Source: Octopus vulgaris
Taxonomy: Eukaryota
Assembly (NCBI GenBank): GCA_951406725.2
Contig: OX597819.1
Coordinates: 65,472,001-65,536,000, forward strand
Length of the DNA: 64,000 nt
Direction of reading: 5' to 3'
The notes under the pieces: model-generated
What the model saw: the letters and a program-made list of their open reading frames with translations, nothing else
What the model was told of the DNA's origin: nothing
The model's database searches: none
Translations under genes and position numbers: made by a program
In this document: piece by piece, positions 1 through 11,535 of the stretch
How the letters are laid out: each line of letters starts with the position of its first letter
Position numbering within the stretch: position 1 is the stretch's first letter

Positions 1-59
<59 letters not shown>

Positions 60-94
60 TATATACATATATACATATATATATACACACACAC

Positions 95-132
<38 letters not shown>
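1..132. repeat. (TA)n/(CA)n microsatellite
   Basis: Dinucleotide run seen directly; one of many such runs in the window. Confidence 0.95.
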
Positions 133-134
<2 letters not shown>

Positions 135-799
135 TCGACCTCAGCTCTATTTGACTTTAGAATGTAGCGACGGGCGAAATTCCGCTATTTATAGAGGAAG
201 AAAGGGCGACACAGAGTAGGCAGACAGACTGATTCAGATACAGAGCCTGACAGGTTGGTAGATAGATAGATAAAACCGCATAAACGATATACAATGAATA
301 ATACATGCAGTCATAGGAACGAAAACAAGTGATTGGAAAACAGTAAAAATGCTACACATAAGAATCAACAGCGAAATTTGTGTTATGAAGTATATGGAAA
401 TCAAGAAAAAGTAGAAAATGCATTTTAGATGATGCACAGTATTCTCAACGTTATAAATTGTAGCCATATTTCTAACAGTTCTTTCTCGCTTCCCTCCAAA
501 AAAAAGTAAAATGGAGGAAACACACTTTTGACAATATAATGCAGATATGTACAAGGATTGAATGATCGTAGCTACAACGCCTTTCACCATAGACATGCTT
601 AATTTGTTCTGATTCAGTGATTAAGCAACCAATGAAACTAATAAAACAAATATTTAAATATTCTGTGCCTAAACACTACTAAATATCTGCAGATGATTTC
701 GACTCAGTATGTGCCAACCAGGTCACTGTTATGTAGCTTAATTACTCCAACATTTCACTTCTGGAATAAGGGGAAGCAAAATATAATAGCAGAAGCAGG

Positions 800-1415
800 A
801 AGCGAACTCCTACAATACACTTTGCTACCTCTAATTGTCTAATTATTTTACTTCTCAATCCCCGAGGATTGGCAAAAAGCCCCAACCTATCAAAATCCGT
901 CGTTCATGAGCACCTGGTAAAGCTTGGGTACACAAATCGCTACGATGTTTGGGCACCACATGCGTTGAGTGCGAAGAGCCGTTTGGATCGCATTTCCATC
1001 TGTGATTCGCTTTATACACGGAATGAAAACGCGCATTTTTTAAGGCAAATTGTAACAGGTGATGAGAAATGGATTATCTACCGAAATGTTCAGAGAAAGC
1101 GATCCTGGAGTAAGCGACATGAGCCACACTTAGCCACCCCAAAAGCGAGTCTTCGCCCTAATGAACTCTTGCTTTGTATCTGGTGGGATTGGAAAGGAAT
1201 TCTGTACTATGAGCTTCTCCCAAGTAACCAGACAATTAATTCTGAGAAATACTGCACACAACTGTACGAGTTAAAAGCAGCAATTCAAGAGAACCGTCCA
1301 GAATTGGCCAACAGGAAAGGTGTTTTTTTCAACATGATGATGCAAGACGGCATGTTTCTTTGGGAACCAGACAAAAATTGCTGCAGCTCGACTGGGATAT
1401 GTTACTCCAACCCAA
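800..1415 (+). mobile_element. Decayed mariner (DD34D) transposase, truncated by a microsatellite and SINE
   Basis: Peptides DVWAPHAL (WVPHEL motif), IVTGDEKW and LLCIWWDWKGILYYELL, then a frameshift to QHDDARRHVSLGTRQKLLQLDWDML. Ends before YSPDL. Confidence 0.93.
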
Positions 1416-1416
1416 T

Positions 1417-1487
<71 letters not shown>

Positions 1488-1488
<1 letters not shown>

Positions 1489-1646
1489 GACAGGCTTCTT
1501 CAGTTTTGTTCTACCAAATCCACTCGCAAGGCCTTGGTCGGCCTGGGGCTACAGTAGAAGACACTTGCCGAAATCACCACGCAATGGGATTGAACGTGGA
1601 ACCATAAGGTTGGGAAGTAAGCTTCTTACCACACAGCCACGCCTAT
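1488..1646 (-). mobile_element. SINE family A, head portion
   Basis: Reverse complement of the family A head (A-box TGGCTGTGTGG, B-box GTTCAATCCC). Confidence 0.9.
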
Positions 1647-2531
1647 TTATATTATTTAGCATTTATTGTTTTTTCGTCGGTATTACTTCAAGAAGCTACT
1701 TAACAATGATGACACGGCTAATCAGCAAAATGTACAATATCACAGCCCATTGAATATTCGCATAATTTGGGTACGTGTGTCTCGATTGCAAGCTACGAAA
1801 TTTCGTAATTTAAATTTATTATATATATAATGTGGACTTTAATCGCTTCTAAAAGGGTGTAAATTTACGAAAAGCTTTATTTATATTTTGCACTTTTGTT
1901 AATCAATTTAACATCAGTTCACTTAATGACTATATTCATTTAATCTCTAACACGAAAGATAAATTAATCTATATCATGTATTAATTCAATTTATTTATCT
2001 TTGGTAGTCGAAGTGAATATTATTATGAATTCATTATTATTTACTCTATCTACAACGTACGTCTTGAAGTATTAATTATCGAAATGTATTTAGAGCTGCA
2101 TTAATATTCTTACTTATTCAATGCATCTTATCACTCGAAAACATTTGTATGTATTAGAGCTTTATTATCTATTTATAAAGGATGTGGGTTTGGCAGAGTT
2201 GCTGGAGTATTAGTTTAAATAGCTTACGGTATTTACCTTCATTTCCGTGCATTCTAAGTTCAATTATAGCGAAGATCAGCCCTGCATTTTATCATGTCTG
2301 AAATGACAAAGTAAAATTCTTGTGTTGATGTAATCGGCAAAATCCTTTACAACAAATAACTGGAAATATGCCTCTTACAATCTAATTCTATTTTTAAAAA
2401 TGCACGGGGGCCTCGCAGAATCGATGCTTTTCATTGCGATTTCAAATAATACCCAGTTCAACTTTGCTATTCATCTCCCGAGCTGACATCGTTCTTTATT
2501 TAGAAATAATTACATCTTTTTCATTTACATT

Positions 2532-2702
2532 GGCATAGGAGTGGCTAAGTGGTAAGCAGCTTGCTTACGAACCACATGGTTCCGGGTTCCGTCCCACTGC
2601 GTGGCGTCTTGGGCAAGAGTCTTCTACTATAGCCTCGGGCCCACCAAAGCCTTGTGAGTGGATTTGGTAGGCGGAAACTGAAAGAAGCCCATCGTATATA
2701 TG

Positions 2703-2749
<47 letters not shown>

Positions 2750-2965
2750 TTGTGTTTCTGTGTTTATCACCCCCAACATTGCTTGAAATCCGATGCTGCC
2801 GTGTTTAGGTCCCCGTAACCTAGCGGTTCGGCAAAAAAACGATAGAATAAGTACTACTCTGACAAAGAATAAGTCCTGGGGTCGATTTGCTCGACTAAAT
2901 GCGGTGCTCCAGCATGGCCACAGTCAAATGACGGATACAAGTAAAATAGTAAAAGAGTAAAAGGG
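2532..2965 (+). mobile_element. SINE family A, full length (tRNA-derived head, CTTGGGCAAG core, central TA/TG microsatellite, LINE-like tail)
   Basis: Pol III A/B boxes; matches copies at 37152, 56128 and 63620. Confidence 0.93.
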
Positions 2966-3020
2966 TATTGCTTTGGCTGGGTCACGTCACTTTCTGACAA
3001 AAAGTCTTACGGTATTGAAT

Positions 3021-3235
3021 AAGGCGGAGAGGTGGCAGAATCGTTAACACGCCGTGCAAAAATGCTTAGCCGAATTTCGTCCGTTTTTACGTTCTGATTT
3101 CAAAATCCACCGTGGTCGACTTTACCTTTCATTCATTCGGAGTCGATGAAATAAATGCCAGTTGAGCTTTGGAGACGATTTAATTGACTAGATCTATTTC
3201 CTAAGGTTGCAGGTCACCTGCCTATATTTTTAGCC
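3021..3235 (+). mobile_element. SINE family B
   Basis: AAGGCGG..TGGCAGAATCGTTA head and a GTCGACTTT.CCTTTCAT core shared with many copies. Confidence 0.85.
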
Positions 3236-3689
3236 AGTTATGGAACTGAGTTCAATTCCCACCATAGGTCAAGTTTGCCTTTTATCTTACTATGGATGAT
3301 AAAATAATATACCAGTGAAATACTACTATCATTTCAATTTTATATTTTACCTTGCAGCGAGGTCAGACTTTTATAGATATATTTATATGAATACCAGTAT
3401 CGAGTTGTTAAGAAATGTGGAGTTATTTCAGGAAAATTAGAGGTGACCCAATCCTTCAGAGTGACATGGGACAAGCCGTCAGTTATCGTATCTCTAATTT
3501 AATGTTTCACCTTTATCAAACTGATTTTGCCGCAGTCTCATTGTGTACGCCAAAAGGTCCTTTTGGCTTTTCCAGCGAAAATAAGATGCAAGTTTTAAAC
3601 AGAAAGCGATTTATTCAGTCAATAATATAATTACAGTTTCGTTTCAGTACATTGTGTCATCTTGTTGGCAGATCCAGTGTTCTGTGTTC

Positions 3690-4620
3690 AAAGGGGTTTT
3701 TTTTTTCCTGTCTTTATTGGCGAAAATCTCTTCCAGGTAGATCACAATTGAAAGTCTGTGAATTCAAGGAAATTTGAAGATACCAAAACGGCTGGAGACC
3801 AGAAAGCGCAAGGTCGGGCGAATATGGAGGGTACTGCAAAACTTCCAAGGTCCGAGTAAATTCTGCGGCCTCTGCAAATAGGTATGTGGTCTGGCATTGT
3901 ATTTCATCGCGGTAATGCCTTTAAGATTGGCAAGAAATGGATGCTTCTATTTGATTACTTACTGCATGTAATTTGTTTAGTTGATCACAGTACACATCGA
4001 AATTGGTGGTCCTTGTGTAGGAAAAAGGCTAGTAAAAGACAAAGCCCATGCAATACCACTAAAATGAAAGCATAACCTTCATCGGGTGAAGTCTTGCTTT
4101 GAAGGTTGTAGTGGTGATTCGCCGTGATTCCTCCATGATCGTTTGCGCTTCACATAGGTATAGACGATCTGTGTTTTTCCCTCAGCACTATTCTCTTAAA
4201 AAGAGAATCGTTTTCATTAGTTTTCTGTAAAGAATGACTGATAGAAATTCGTTGAGTGTAGTTAGACTCCTTCACTTGATGTTGGATTGAGACATCGAGC
4301 CTCCCAACGTAACCAAGTTTATGTATATGAATTTTCAACCCTCAATTTGGATATTTATGAAATAACCACGCTCATCTTGGTCACCAAATTGGGTTGGTGA
4401 CGCTGCTGATCTCCGTTGATTGGTGAAACCGAGATGCTTATTGAATGGAAAGTTTTTCTGATCGAAATCTCGAATGCTACCCCAGGAACACACGTTCAGT
4501 AATATCATCCTCTTCGTCCACGACGCACAAATTCCTTCAGGTTTTCGGCTCATTCTTGCCTTTTGTATAAGTGAAAAGCCATGATTTATCGATAATGTTT
4601 GTTTTGAATTTCCATTCTAA
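3690..4620 (-). mobile_element. Decayed mariner transposase
   Basis: Minus-strand fragments: KGKNEPKT (N-terminus), HKLGYVGRLDV, KRKRSW, LHPMKVML, NARPHT, EVLQYPPYSPDLALS. Many stops and frameshifts. Confidence 0.88.
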
Positions 4621-4982
4621 ACATTTTTCTCTTTCTGTATTCCCTAGTGTCATAATTGTCTGAGCTAGTCCCAGAGCTGGTGCGGATGATGGTAATGGTT
4701 GGACTAAGCCTCCTTCTTGCACACATGGACAAATATTGAGAAGGTTTGACGGCGTGCTTCAAATGCTCGCTTCGCAGCTATGTTTTCTCAGGTTTGGTTC
4801 CACTGAGCAACTCCTTGGAAAAAAGTATTCTCTCGTCTTGGTCCAACCAATGCCCTGTGCATAATTTACGGAGACGAAACTATGCATTCAAAAACATATA
4901 CACTCATGTCCACGCACACACCCGTGCTTACACACACATACACACACATACATGCATACATACATATATGTATATGTATGTA

Positions 4983-5058
<76 letters not shown>

Positions 5059-5061
<3 letters not shown>

Positions 5062-5570
5062 TATTATAAAAGGCAGATTTTATCTGCCTCCCTTTGGGAG
5101 TTATACAAATCTACAATATAGGATTTCTTCAATTACAATTTACCTTGCATTTTTAAGAGTACAATGCATCGCGTCATGCCAGATCCAGTTTTTAAAATTT
5201 AAACTCCAATTAAGCAAAATTTACAGAAAACTCACGTTCTGGTGTGTGTGTCAAATGCTTTTCTTAGTCTGGTTTACACCACACGCAAACGCACACACAC
5301 AGTGGGCAACGAATAAAATGAAAGTAATTGACTTACTGTAGTGAGTGATTCTTTCACTCTGCCTCCCACTTCCTCTTTCAACACATAGACACGCAAATAT
5401 ATAAATAAAATTGTAAGCTAACGTGCGTGTGTGTGAGTGGGTGTGTGTGGGTGTGCGCGTGTGTGTGTGTGTGAGGGTGCGTGTGTGTGTGTGTGTGTGT
5501 GCGTGTGCGTGAGTGTGTGACAGGAAAGTTTTTTACGACGAATATAACACCTATATCCAAGTAGCAGAAA
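5059..5570 (+). mobile_element. Possible Helitron-like element, 5' part
   Basis: Begins A|TCTTATTATAAAAG, similar to the Helitron 5' end at 6845. No clear 3' hairpin plus CTAG found. Confidence 0.35.
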
Positions 5571-6050
5571 GATAAGACAGTAAGGTGTGATTTGAGGGAG
5601 ATTTGGCTGCTATTTCTACCATGTCTAGCTGCCATGTAGGGGTCTCCCTCATAGGCTCATACATACATATATACATAGATAAGACAGTAAGGTGTGATTT
5701 GGGGGAAATTTGGCTGCTATTTCTACCAGGTCTAGCTGCCATGTAGGGGTCTCCCTCATAGGCTCATACATACATATATACATAGATAAGACAGTAAGGT
5801 GTGATTTGGGGGAAATTTGGCTGCTATTTCTACCAGGTCTAGCTGCCATGTAGGGGTCTCCCTCATAGGCTCATACATACATATATACATAGATAAGACA
5901 GTAAGGTGTGATTTGGGGGAAATTTGGCTGCTATTTCTACCAGGTCTAGCTACCATGTAGAGGTCCCCCTCATTGGCTCATATATATATACATACATAAG
6001 ACAGTAAGGTGTGATTTGAGGGAGATTTGGCTGCTGTTTCTACCAGGTCT
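5571..6050 (+). repeat. 107-bp tandem repeat, about 4.5 copies
   Basis: Unit GATAAGACAGTAAGGTGTGATTTG...CATACATATATACATA starts at 5571, 5678, 5785, 5892 and about 5996. ORF-track peptides recur at a 107-nt offset. Confidence 0.97.
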
Positions 6051-6120
6051 GTTAGGCCTTCTCATGTAAACTCAAGCTTTCTCATGCCTTGAACATAAGA
6101 CCAAAGCAGAGAATGTATTC

Positions 6121-6370
6121 TTTTATTCTTCTGCTTTTTCCAGCCATTGGTCTGTGGCCATGCTGGGGCAATGCCTTGAAGAATTGTAGTTTAATGAATC
6201 AACTCCAGTTTTATTTTTGTAAGCATTGTACTTATTCTATCTGTTTCCTTTGTCAAACCACTAGGTGACAGGGATGTAAACAAACCAACATTCGTTGTCA
6301 AGCAGTGGTGGAGGACAATCACAAGCACAGACACGCACACACACACACATACATGCATACACATATACAC

Positions 6371-6405
<35 letters not shown>

Positions 6406-6420
6406 TATATGTGTATATAT
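6121..6420 (-). mobile_element. SINE family A, 3' half (diverged)
   Basis: Reverse complement of the CAGCATGGCC tail and GATAGAATAAGTAC, ending in CA/TA repeat. Confidence 0.8.
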
Positions 6421-6423
6421 ATA

Positions 6424-6745
6424 TTGCAGCCTGGAAGGTGTTTGTAAGCCATTTAAGAAACACACAAAAACCGTTACATTCACTTCAACATTTAAATTTA
6501 ATTTGCCAAAATATTTTCGTCGCTTTGAGACCGCGACCTGTTCACTGACAAAAATATCGTGCTAACAGGTCGCAGTCTCAAAGCGACGAAAATAGTTTGA
6601 CAAATTAAATTTAAATTTTGAAGTGAATCTAACGGTTTTTGTGTGTTTCTTAAATGGCTTATAAACACCTTCAACGCTGCAACTGTTTTCGTTCCAGCAC
6701 ACGATCTCAGATCAAGTCACTTGCTATGCAAGTACATCTCTGTAA
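6424..6745. mobile_element. Fold-back Penelope-like terminal element (about 119-bp inverted arms)
   Basis: 6424-6542 is the near-perfect reverse complement of 6564-6682 with a 21-nt loop. Contains a hammerhead motif and is flanked by TA repeats. The Penelope origin is inferred. Confidence 0.75.
6502..6552 (-). ncRNA. Minimal type-I hammerhead ribozyme, G3-C8 variant
   Basis: Minus strand reads UUUGUCA GUGAACA G GUCGC GGUCUCAAA GCGAC GAA AAUAUU U UGGCAAA: 7-bp helix I, 5-bp helix II, palindromic helix III. Confidence 0.7.
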
Positions 6746-6779
6746 CTATATATATATTTATATATATATATATATGTAT

Positions 6780-6844
6780 ATTGGTAAAAACAGTAAGATA
6801 ACAAAAGAAAGAAAGAGACCTCAATATTATGTAAATAGAGGAAA
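6780..6844. mobile_element. Fragment of the 22.4-kb Penelope-like family, cut by the Helitron
   Basis: Reverse-complement match to about 22635-22695 (GTAAGA.AACAAAAGAAAG..AGACCT..TTATGTAAATAGAGGAA). Confidence 0.7.
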
Positions 6845-7239
6845 TCTTTATATATAAAAGTGAGGTTGTGTGTCTGTCTCCAACGATTTAGATTCCTAAC
6901 TACTCCCACATTTTGCGGTGCAGTTTAACCAAAACCGGGTATCTTATAGTCGTGATTCATATCGAGACCGTCTGGGTATTAGCGCGCGTCTACGATGAGT
7001 CTACGGTTTAAAAAAAAATTTACCATCAATTTTTCCCATTTTTAATCCATTTTTGACATATATAAGGGAAGTAACTCTCTAAAATTTATTATTAAATCTC
7101 AGAACGTAAAAAGCTACAGTAACACCCCTCCCCCTTTGTGGTTAGCCATATTGAGATGGCTATTATACTTTACATCTCTAAAAATGCTTATATAATTATT
7201 TCCCTTACAAACCCGAGCAACGCCGGGCGATACTGCTAG
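6845..7239 (+). mobile_element. Non-autonomous Helitron
   Basis: A|TC 5' end, subterminal hairpin CCCGAGCAACGCCGGG, CTAG|T 3' end, no target-site duplication. Second copy at 15385. Confidence 0.88.
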
Positions 7240-7749
7240 TATATATATATATGCAAACACATGCATACGCAAGCTTAAATTCTTATGGGTAGTTTTGTGT
7301 GAGTTGTGTACATTAACATGAGATAGCAGTTCGACAAGAAGACACCGATAGAATATCGGTCCCAAAAGAGAGGGACATAACACATACCAGATTTAAGAAG
7401 TGTTTTAGCGATTATTTTAACGCGACCATAACTGTCAAGGGTGTGCTCTAGAATGGCCGTTATCCAATGGCTGAAATAAATAAAATATATAAGTTAAATA
7501 TATGCACCCATTCGTCCCTGCCTTATTCTTTTTGTATAATTCAAAGCCGTGTAAGTTTATAGAATTCCAAGCCATATACCTTGCTGCAGCTCATATATCA
7601 TTGTCAGGCTTAACTGATATGTCGATAATTTAGCATTACATTTTAAACGCCATTTTAAAAATTAATTCGTCGGAGATATATGTTCAGCAAGTGGTTATAG
7701 ATTATACACTGTATTGAAACCTAAACAGTCTGCTTCTAATAGATTCAAT

Positions 7750-8110
7750 TCAGGTTACTCAGGTTAGGAGAGACGAGTTTTATCAGGTGCTGCTGAAATG
7801 TCTCAAGAAAGGTGATCGAAGTGCAGTACAGGTTTCTGCAGAAGTTTTTATTGAAATAAAACGTAGTGGATGATTGTTATTAATCGGAGTGGATCATCGT
7901 TAAGCAAACGCCGTCTTGAGATAAATATAGTCAACATATGGGCAGGCCAGCCCCTGGATATATTTGAGGAGTAATGAATGCTGATTCGAGAAGTGATGTA
8001 TAGGTGTGATTAGATACCTGTTTATCTATACGACAAATCAGTCCTGCACGACTTCACAATTCGAATGGTGCCGATGATCCCGAGATAAAGGACGTTAGAG
8101 TGACTATGAT
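7750..8110 (-). mobile_element. Highly decayed LINE RT fragment (CR1/Jockey-like)
   Basis: Minus-strand peptides NVLYLGII and LLKYIQGLACPYVDY resemble KYLGI and YK.LVRP.LEY. Confidence 0.4.
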
Positions 8111-9639
8111 ATTATCACGTTAATCCATCTGCCGAAAGAGATCTATAACCACTACCAAGGACTGTCGCAAGGGCTTCGTTTCCCGCAACTAAGAAATTGG
8201 CGGTAGGAAGTGTGATTTAAACTAAAACAAAAGATAGACAGAAAATAATTTTGAACAGCATTTTGTCATTTAATCCACCATTCAGATTTTTTATCTTTTT
8301 TTTTACCAGAAATGAGGAAATTCGAATTCCATCTCTGTGAGATTTGACGCTCAAACGATTCTGGTAAGCTACCAACATAACATTCATCCTTAGCAATTGC
8401 ACAGTGCCGCATATTCGGAGGAAGAAGCTTGCTGAATGAACTGGCCACAGTACTTGATTCATACTTATTACAGCGATCACTAAAACACGAAAGGTAAATC
8501 TAGCCAAGTTCCTGTTTGAACTCAAAACATAAAACGTTCGAATATTGTCTCGTGACTTATTGTCAGACGCACTGACGATTAGGCCATTCCATCACAATTA
8601 AAATGATAATAGAATGAAAGATGTGTTTCTCTGTCTGCCCGTCCGTTACATTGTATCTATCGAACAAGATCATCTTTAAACAGCTTATCCAAAGAAACGA
8701 GGTAAAAACTGTTGGATTTATTTAAGTCATTTATTGAACAACAAGGAAAAATTAAGGTTTGTGTTTATTTTTCTAGCAGCCATTGGAATTGGAATGTAGA
8801 ATGTAAACGTAAAGTGTTGGAAAACAAAGCATTAGACATAGTGTCAGGTGCTCCTATAATTCTTTAAAGATAATAATCCCTGTTTTATTACGATTGAAAG
8901 CCTTCCATCCTACCTTTACCCCCTGCTCACAAGAGCCCTACTTTAAAATTACTTTTTAGACATGCATAACATGTCCAGCAGATTTTGTGTAATCTGGCTC
9001 AATCTATCGACATATTTTTGAGTTGTACTTGTTTGGGAAGTTATATTATATAAGATCGTATCTTGTGACTTCTAAAACAATTAGATCGTGATAGCCATTG
9101 CATTCATCAAATGTATACATAGACTGTTATATTTACTTTTAATTTAATATTTTTTCATAATACTCTACTTTATTAGGTACCAACGTTCTTTGTCGAACAA
9201 ATAATAACGTTTTATTGATTCTCTATTTCACCGTCCTTATAATAAATCTATTTCACTGGTTTTACAACAATGTTGCGGCAGTTTGCTTAAATTTCCATTC
9301 TTGTTTGTAGAGGAATATTGATTTTTCACATAAGCACAAGGTATCAAATTTGGTGTAGGGCTATAGTGATATATAAGAAGATATGGTACCTTATTTTATC
9401 GAGCTGGAAAGCTGAAGAGTAAGGTTGACCTCAATGATTATTTAGTAATATTCAATAACGTTAATTAAGAACCAGCGAGGTGGTAGGACCGGCTAGATAT
9501 AATACCCTAATTTCCCTCTTGTTAGAAAATGATATATTTCACAAAAAGTAATTACATAAAAGTATAATACAATCTTAGACTCACTAAAATTCATCTGCAA
9601 TTCGGTTGATAGAGAATCCGTTTAATACAGAGCTGTCTG

Positions 9640-9870
9640 TTCTCTATGGTGGCCGTAGGGAAATAGGGAGTATGTTGCGGACCGGACTGAAAGGGATAAT
9701 GACTGGAACTTTACACTTTGGCTAAGACCTTTTACAACTTTCACTTGACAAAGAAAGCGCGGGTGTTGAAGGAAATGTAGCTTTCTTTGAAAGGCTGATG
9801 GGAGAAGCGAACATAATCTGACTAAAAAGGTAAAACCTGAGCGTGCACCTGCAAATTAAGGGGAGACTTC
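9640..9870 (-). pseudogene. Decayed ORF of unknown family, paralogous to 11103-11330
   Basis: HAQVLPF*SDYVRFSHQP / CQVKVVKGLSQSVKF / FQSGPQ aligns with the plus-strand peptide at 11.1-11.3 kb. Confidence 0.7.
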
Positions 9871-10159
9871 GAAAGCAACATAATAATTGTAGTGTTATGA
9901 ATACTACTGGGCAGTTAAATACCATCTTTGAGAGAGCGGTGGATAAACTATTTTGCGGTAATTAGTTTAGTTACACCACTTTCTGATTCCAAATAACACA
10001 TGCGCTTTCATAGTTACAGAGTATATGAAGGTGGACAAGCGGAATAAGGACACTAAATGTTCTTCTCGGGGAATTGACTTCAGAAGCACTTTAAAATTTT
10101 GTTTTGTTTATCCTTATTCGGAGTAGTCCTATGTCATAAGGGAAATTATTTTATTCTTT

Positions 10160-10355
10160 CATACTTTTCTTTGTTTCAGTCATTTGGCTACTGTCATGCC
10201 GGAGCACCGCCTTTAGTCGACCACACCAGGACTTATTCTTTGTAAGCCTAGTATTTATACAATCGGTCATTTTGCCGAACCGCAAAGTTACGGAGACCTA
10301 AACACACAAAAATCGGTTGTCAAGCAATAGTAGGATAACACACACACACACACAA
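10160..10355 (-). mobile_element. SINE family A, 3' half
   Basis: Reverse complement of the family A tail up to the CA repeat. Confidence 0.85.
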
Positions 10356-10356
10356 C

Positions 10357-10665
10357 GATTAGCCAGAGAGGATTTTTAAAATGAGAATATCTGAAATAAA
10401 CTCGACTGCTTTCACAAAGGAGAATACTAAAAGTGAACCTGACCGCTCTAAAAAGTTAAGAGAAAAATAACGGAAAACTAATCCAAAATCACTGTCCGGT
10501 ACCGGATGGGTCCCAAAATCAGACCGGTTCGTGCCAGTCACAAGGCCAAATACCCCTGAAAACTTCATTTGAATCCATTCAGTGGTTCTTGAGATATCTT
10601 TCCACGGACAAACAAATACGACTGAAAACAATACCTCCGCCTTCGCTAAGGCGAAAGTAATAATA
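10357..10665 (-). mobile_element. Helentron-associated (HINE-like) non-autonomous element
   Basis: Minus strand starts TATTACTTTCGCCTTAGCGAAGGCGGAGGTATTGTTTTC (terminal hairpin), then GTTTGTCCGT, TGGATTCAAATGAAGTTTTCAGG and an internal CCGGTACCGG palindrome. Confidence 0.65.
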
Positions 10666-10729
10666 ATAGTAATAGACCAAACCTGAGCTTTGTTTCTATA
10701 ATGATAGTAATAAAATATTGGCTTGGTGA

Positions 10730-11535
10730 AGCACATGGAATACATGCAGTTGGGCTACTCGTTAGACACGGCGAAGCCCATTCGTAAATTCTTGGATGGT
10801 CACAGATGGAGCCTTTGTATCCCGAAGTAAACCCAACTAAATTCCATCGTTGGATAGATGGATTCTTGAAATGATAATGATATTTCGTTTCTTATCCACT
10901 AAAATTCACAAAATTTTGTGGTGATCAAGACGCCACAACGTGGGATTTCATGAAGGCATGGTTAGAAAGAAGAACAATAGTAATAATTCATCCCACCAAC
11001 GATTAATTTCCCAATGGAGGGTCAATTCTGAGAAGTCACTAACTGCAATCTCCGAAAACCTCGTTCATCCTGACCACAGTAACAAACACCTTCCCTGTGA
11101 TGTCTTCCCCCAATCAACAAGCGCAAATTTTACGGGTTTGCTCACACTCTGTTCATTTTTCTCGCCAACCTTCCCAGGAATTAACTGGAAAATTGCAGTT
11201 ATGTCTCCACCCTCAAATTCATTGTCAAGTGAAACTTGTAAGAGGGCTTGGCCAAAGAGTAACGTACATGCCATCAACTTTTCAATCAGGTCCACAGCAA
11301 AAGCCGTTTCGCTACAGCCGCCAGAGATAAGCATTCCTTGTTCTTCACAGTCAAAGGAAGGCAGAGTCATGATCCTCACAATCGACTCGGTTGATCTCTT
11401 GATACACACTACATGTGACAACAAGATCGGTAATGCTCCGGCACTGGATGAGTACGTAGGGAACTGCTTCGTCACTCTGCGCGCAGCTCGGGAAGCTGTC
11501 GGCACCTTCGTGTCTATACACCGTTTTGGATATTC
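10730..11535 (+). pseudogene. Decayed coding region, possibly LTR-retrotransposon gag/protease or another endogenised element
   Basis: Non-repetitive, higher-GC block. One frame gives FHRWIDGF, TTWDFMKAWLERR, VHFSRQPSQE and CQVKLVRGLGQRV with in-frame stops. Another gives GRVMILTIDSV...VTLRAA. The family assignment is weak. Confidence 0.45.

Noticed and set aside
869-1753. 294-aa ORF as an intact gene or SETMAR
   Set aside because: It is a chimera of a frameshifted mariner, a microsatellite and an antisense SINE. There is no SET domain and no third catalytic Asp.
5571-6050. CRISPR-like array
   Set aside because: Whole units are repeated with no unique spacers, there are no cas genes, and the context is eukaryotic.
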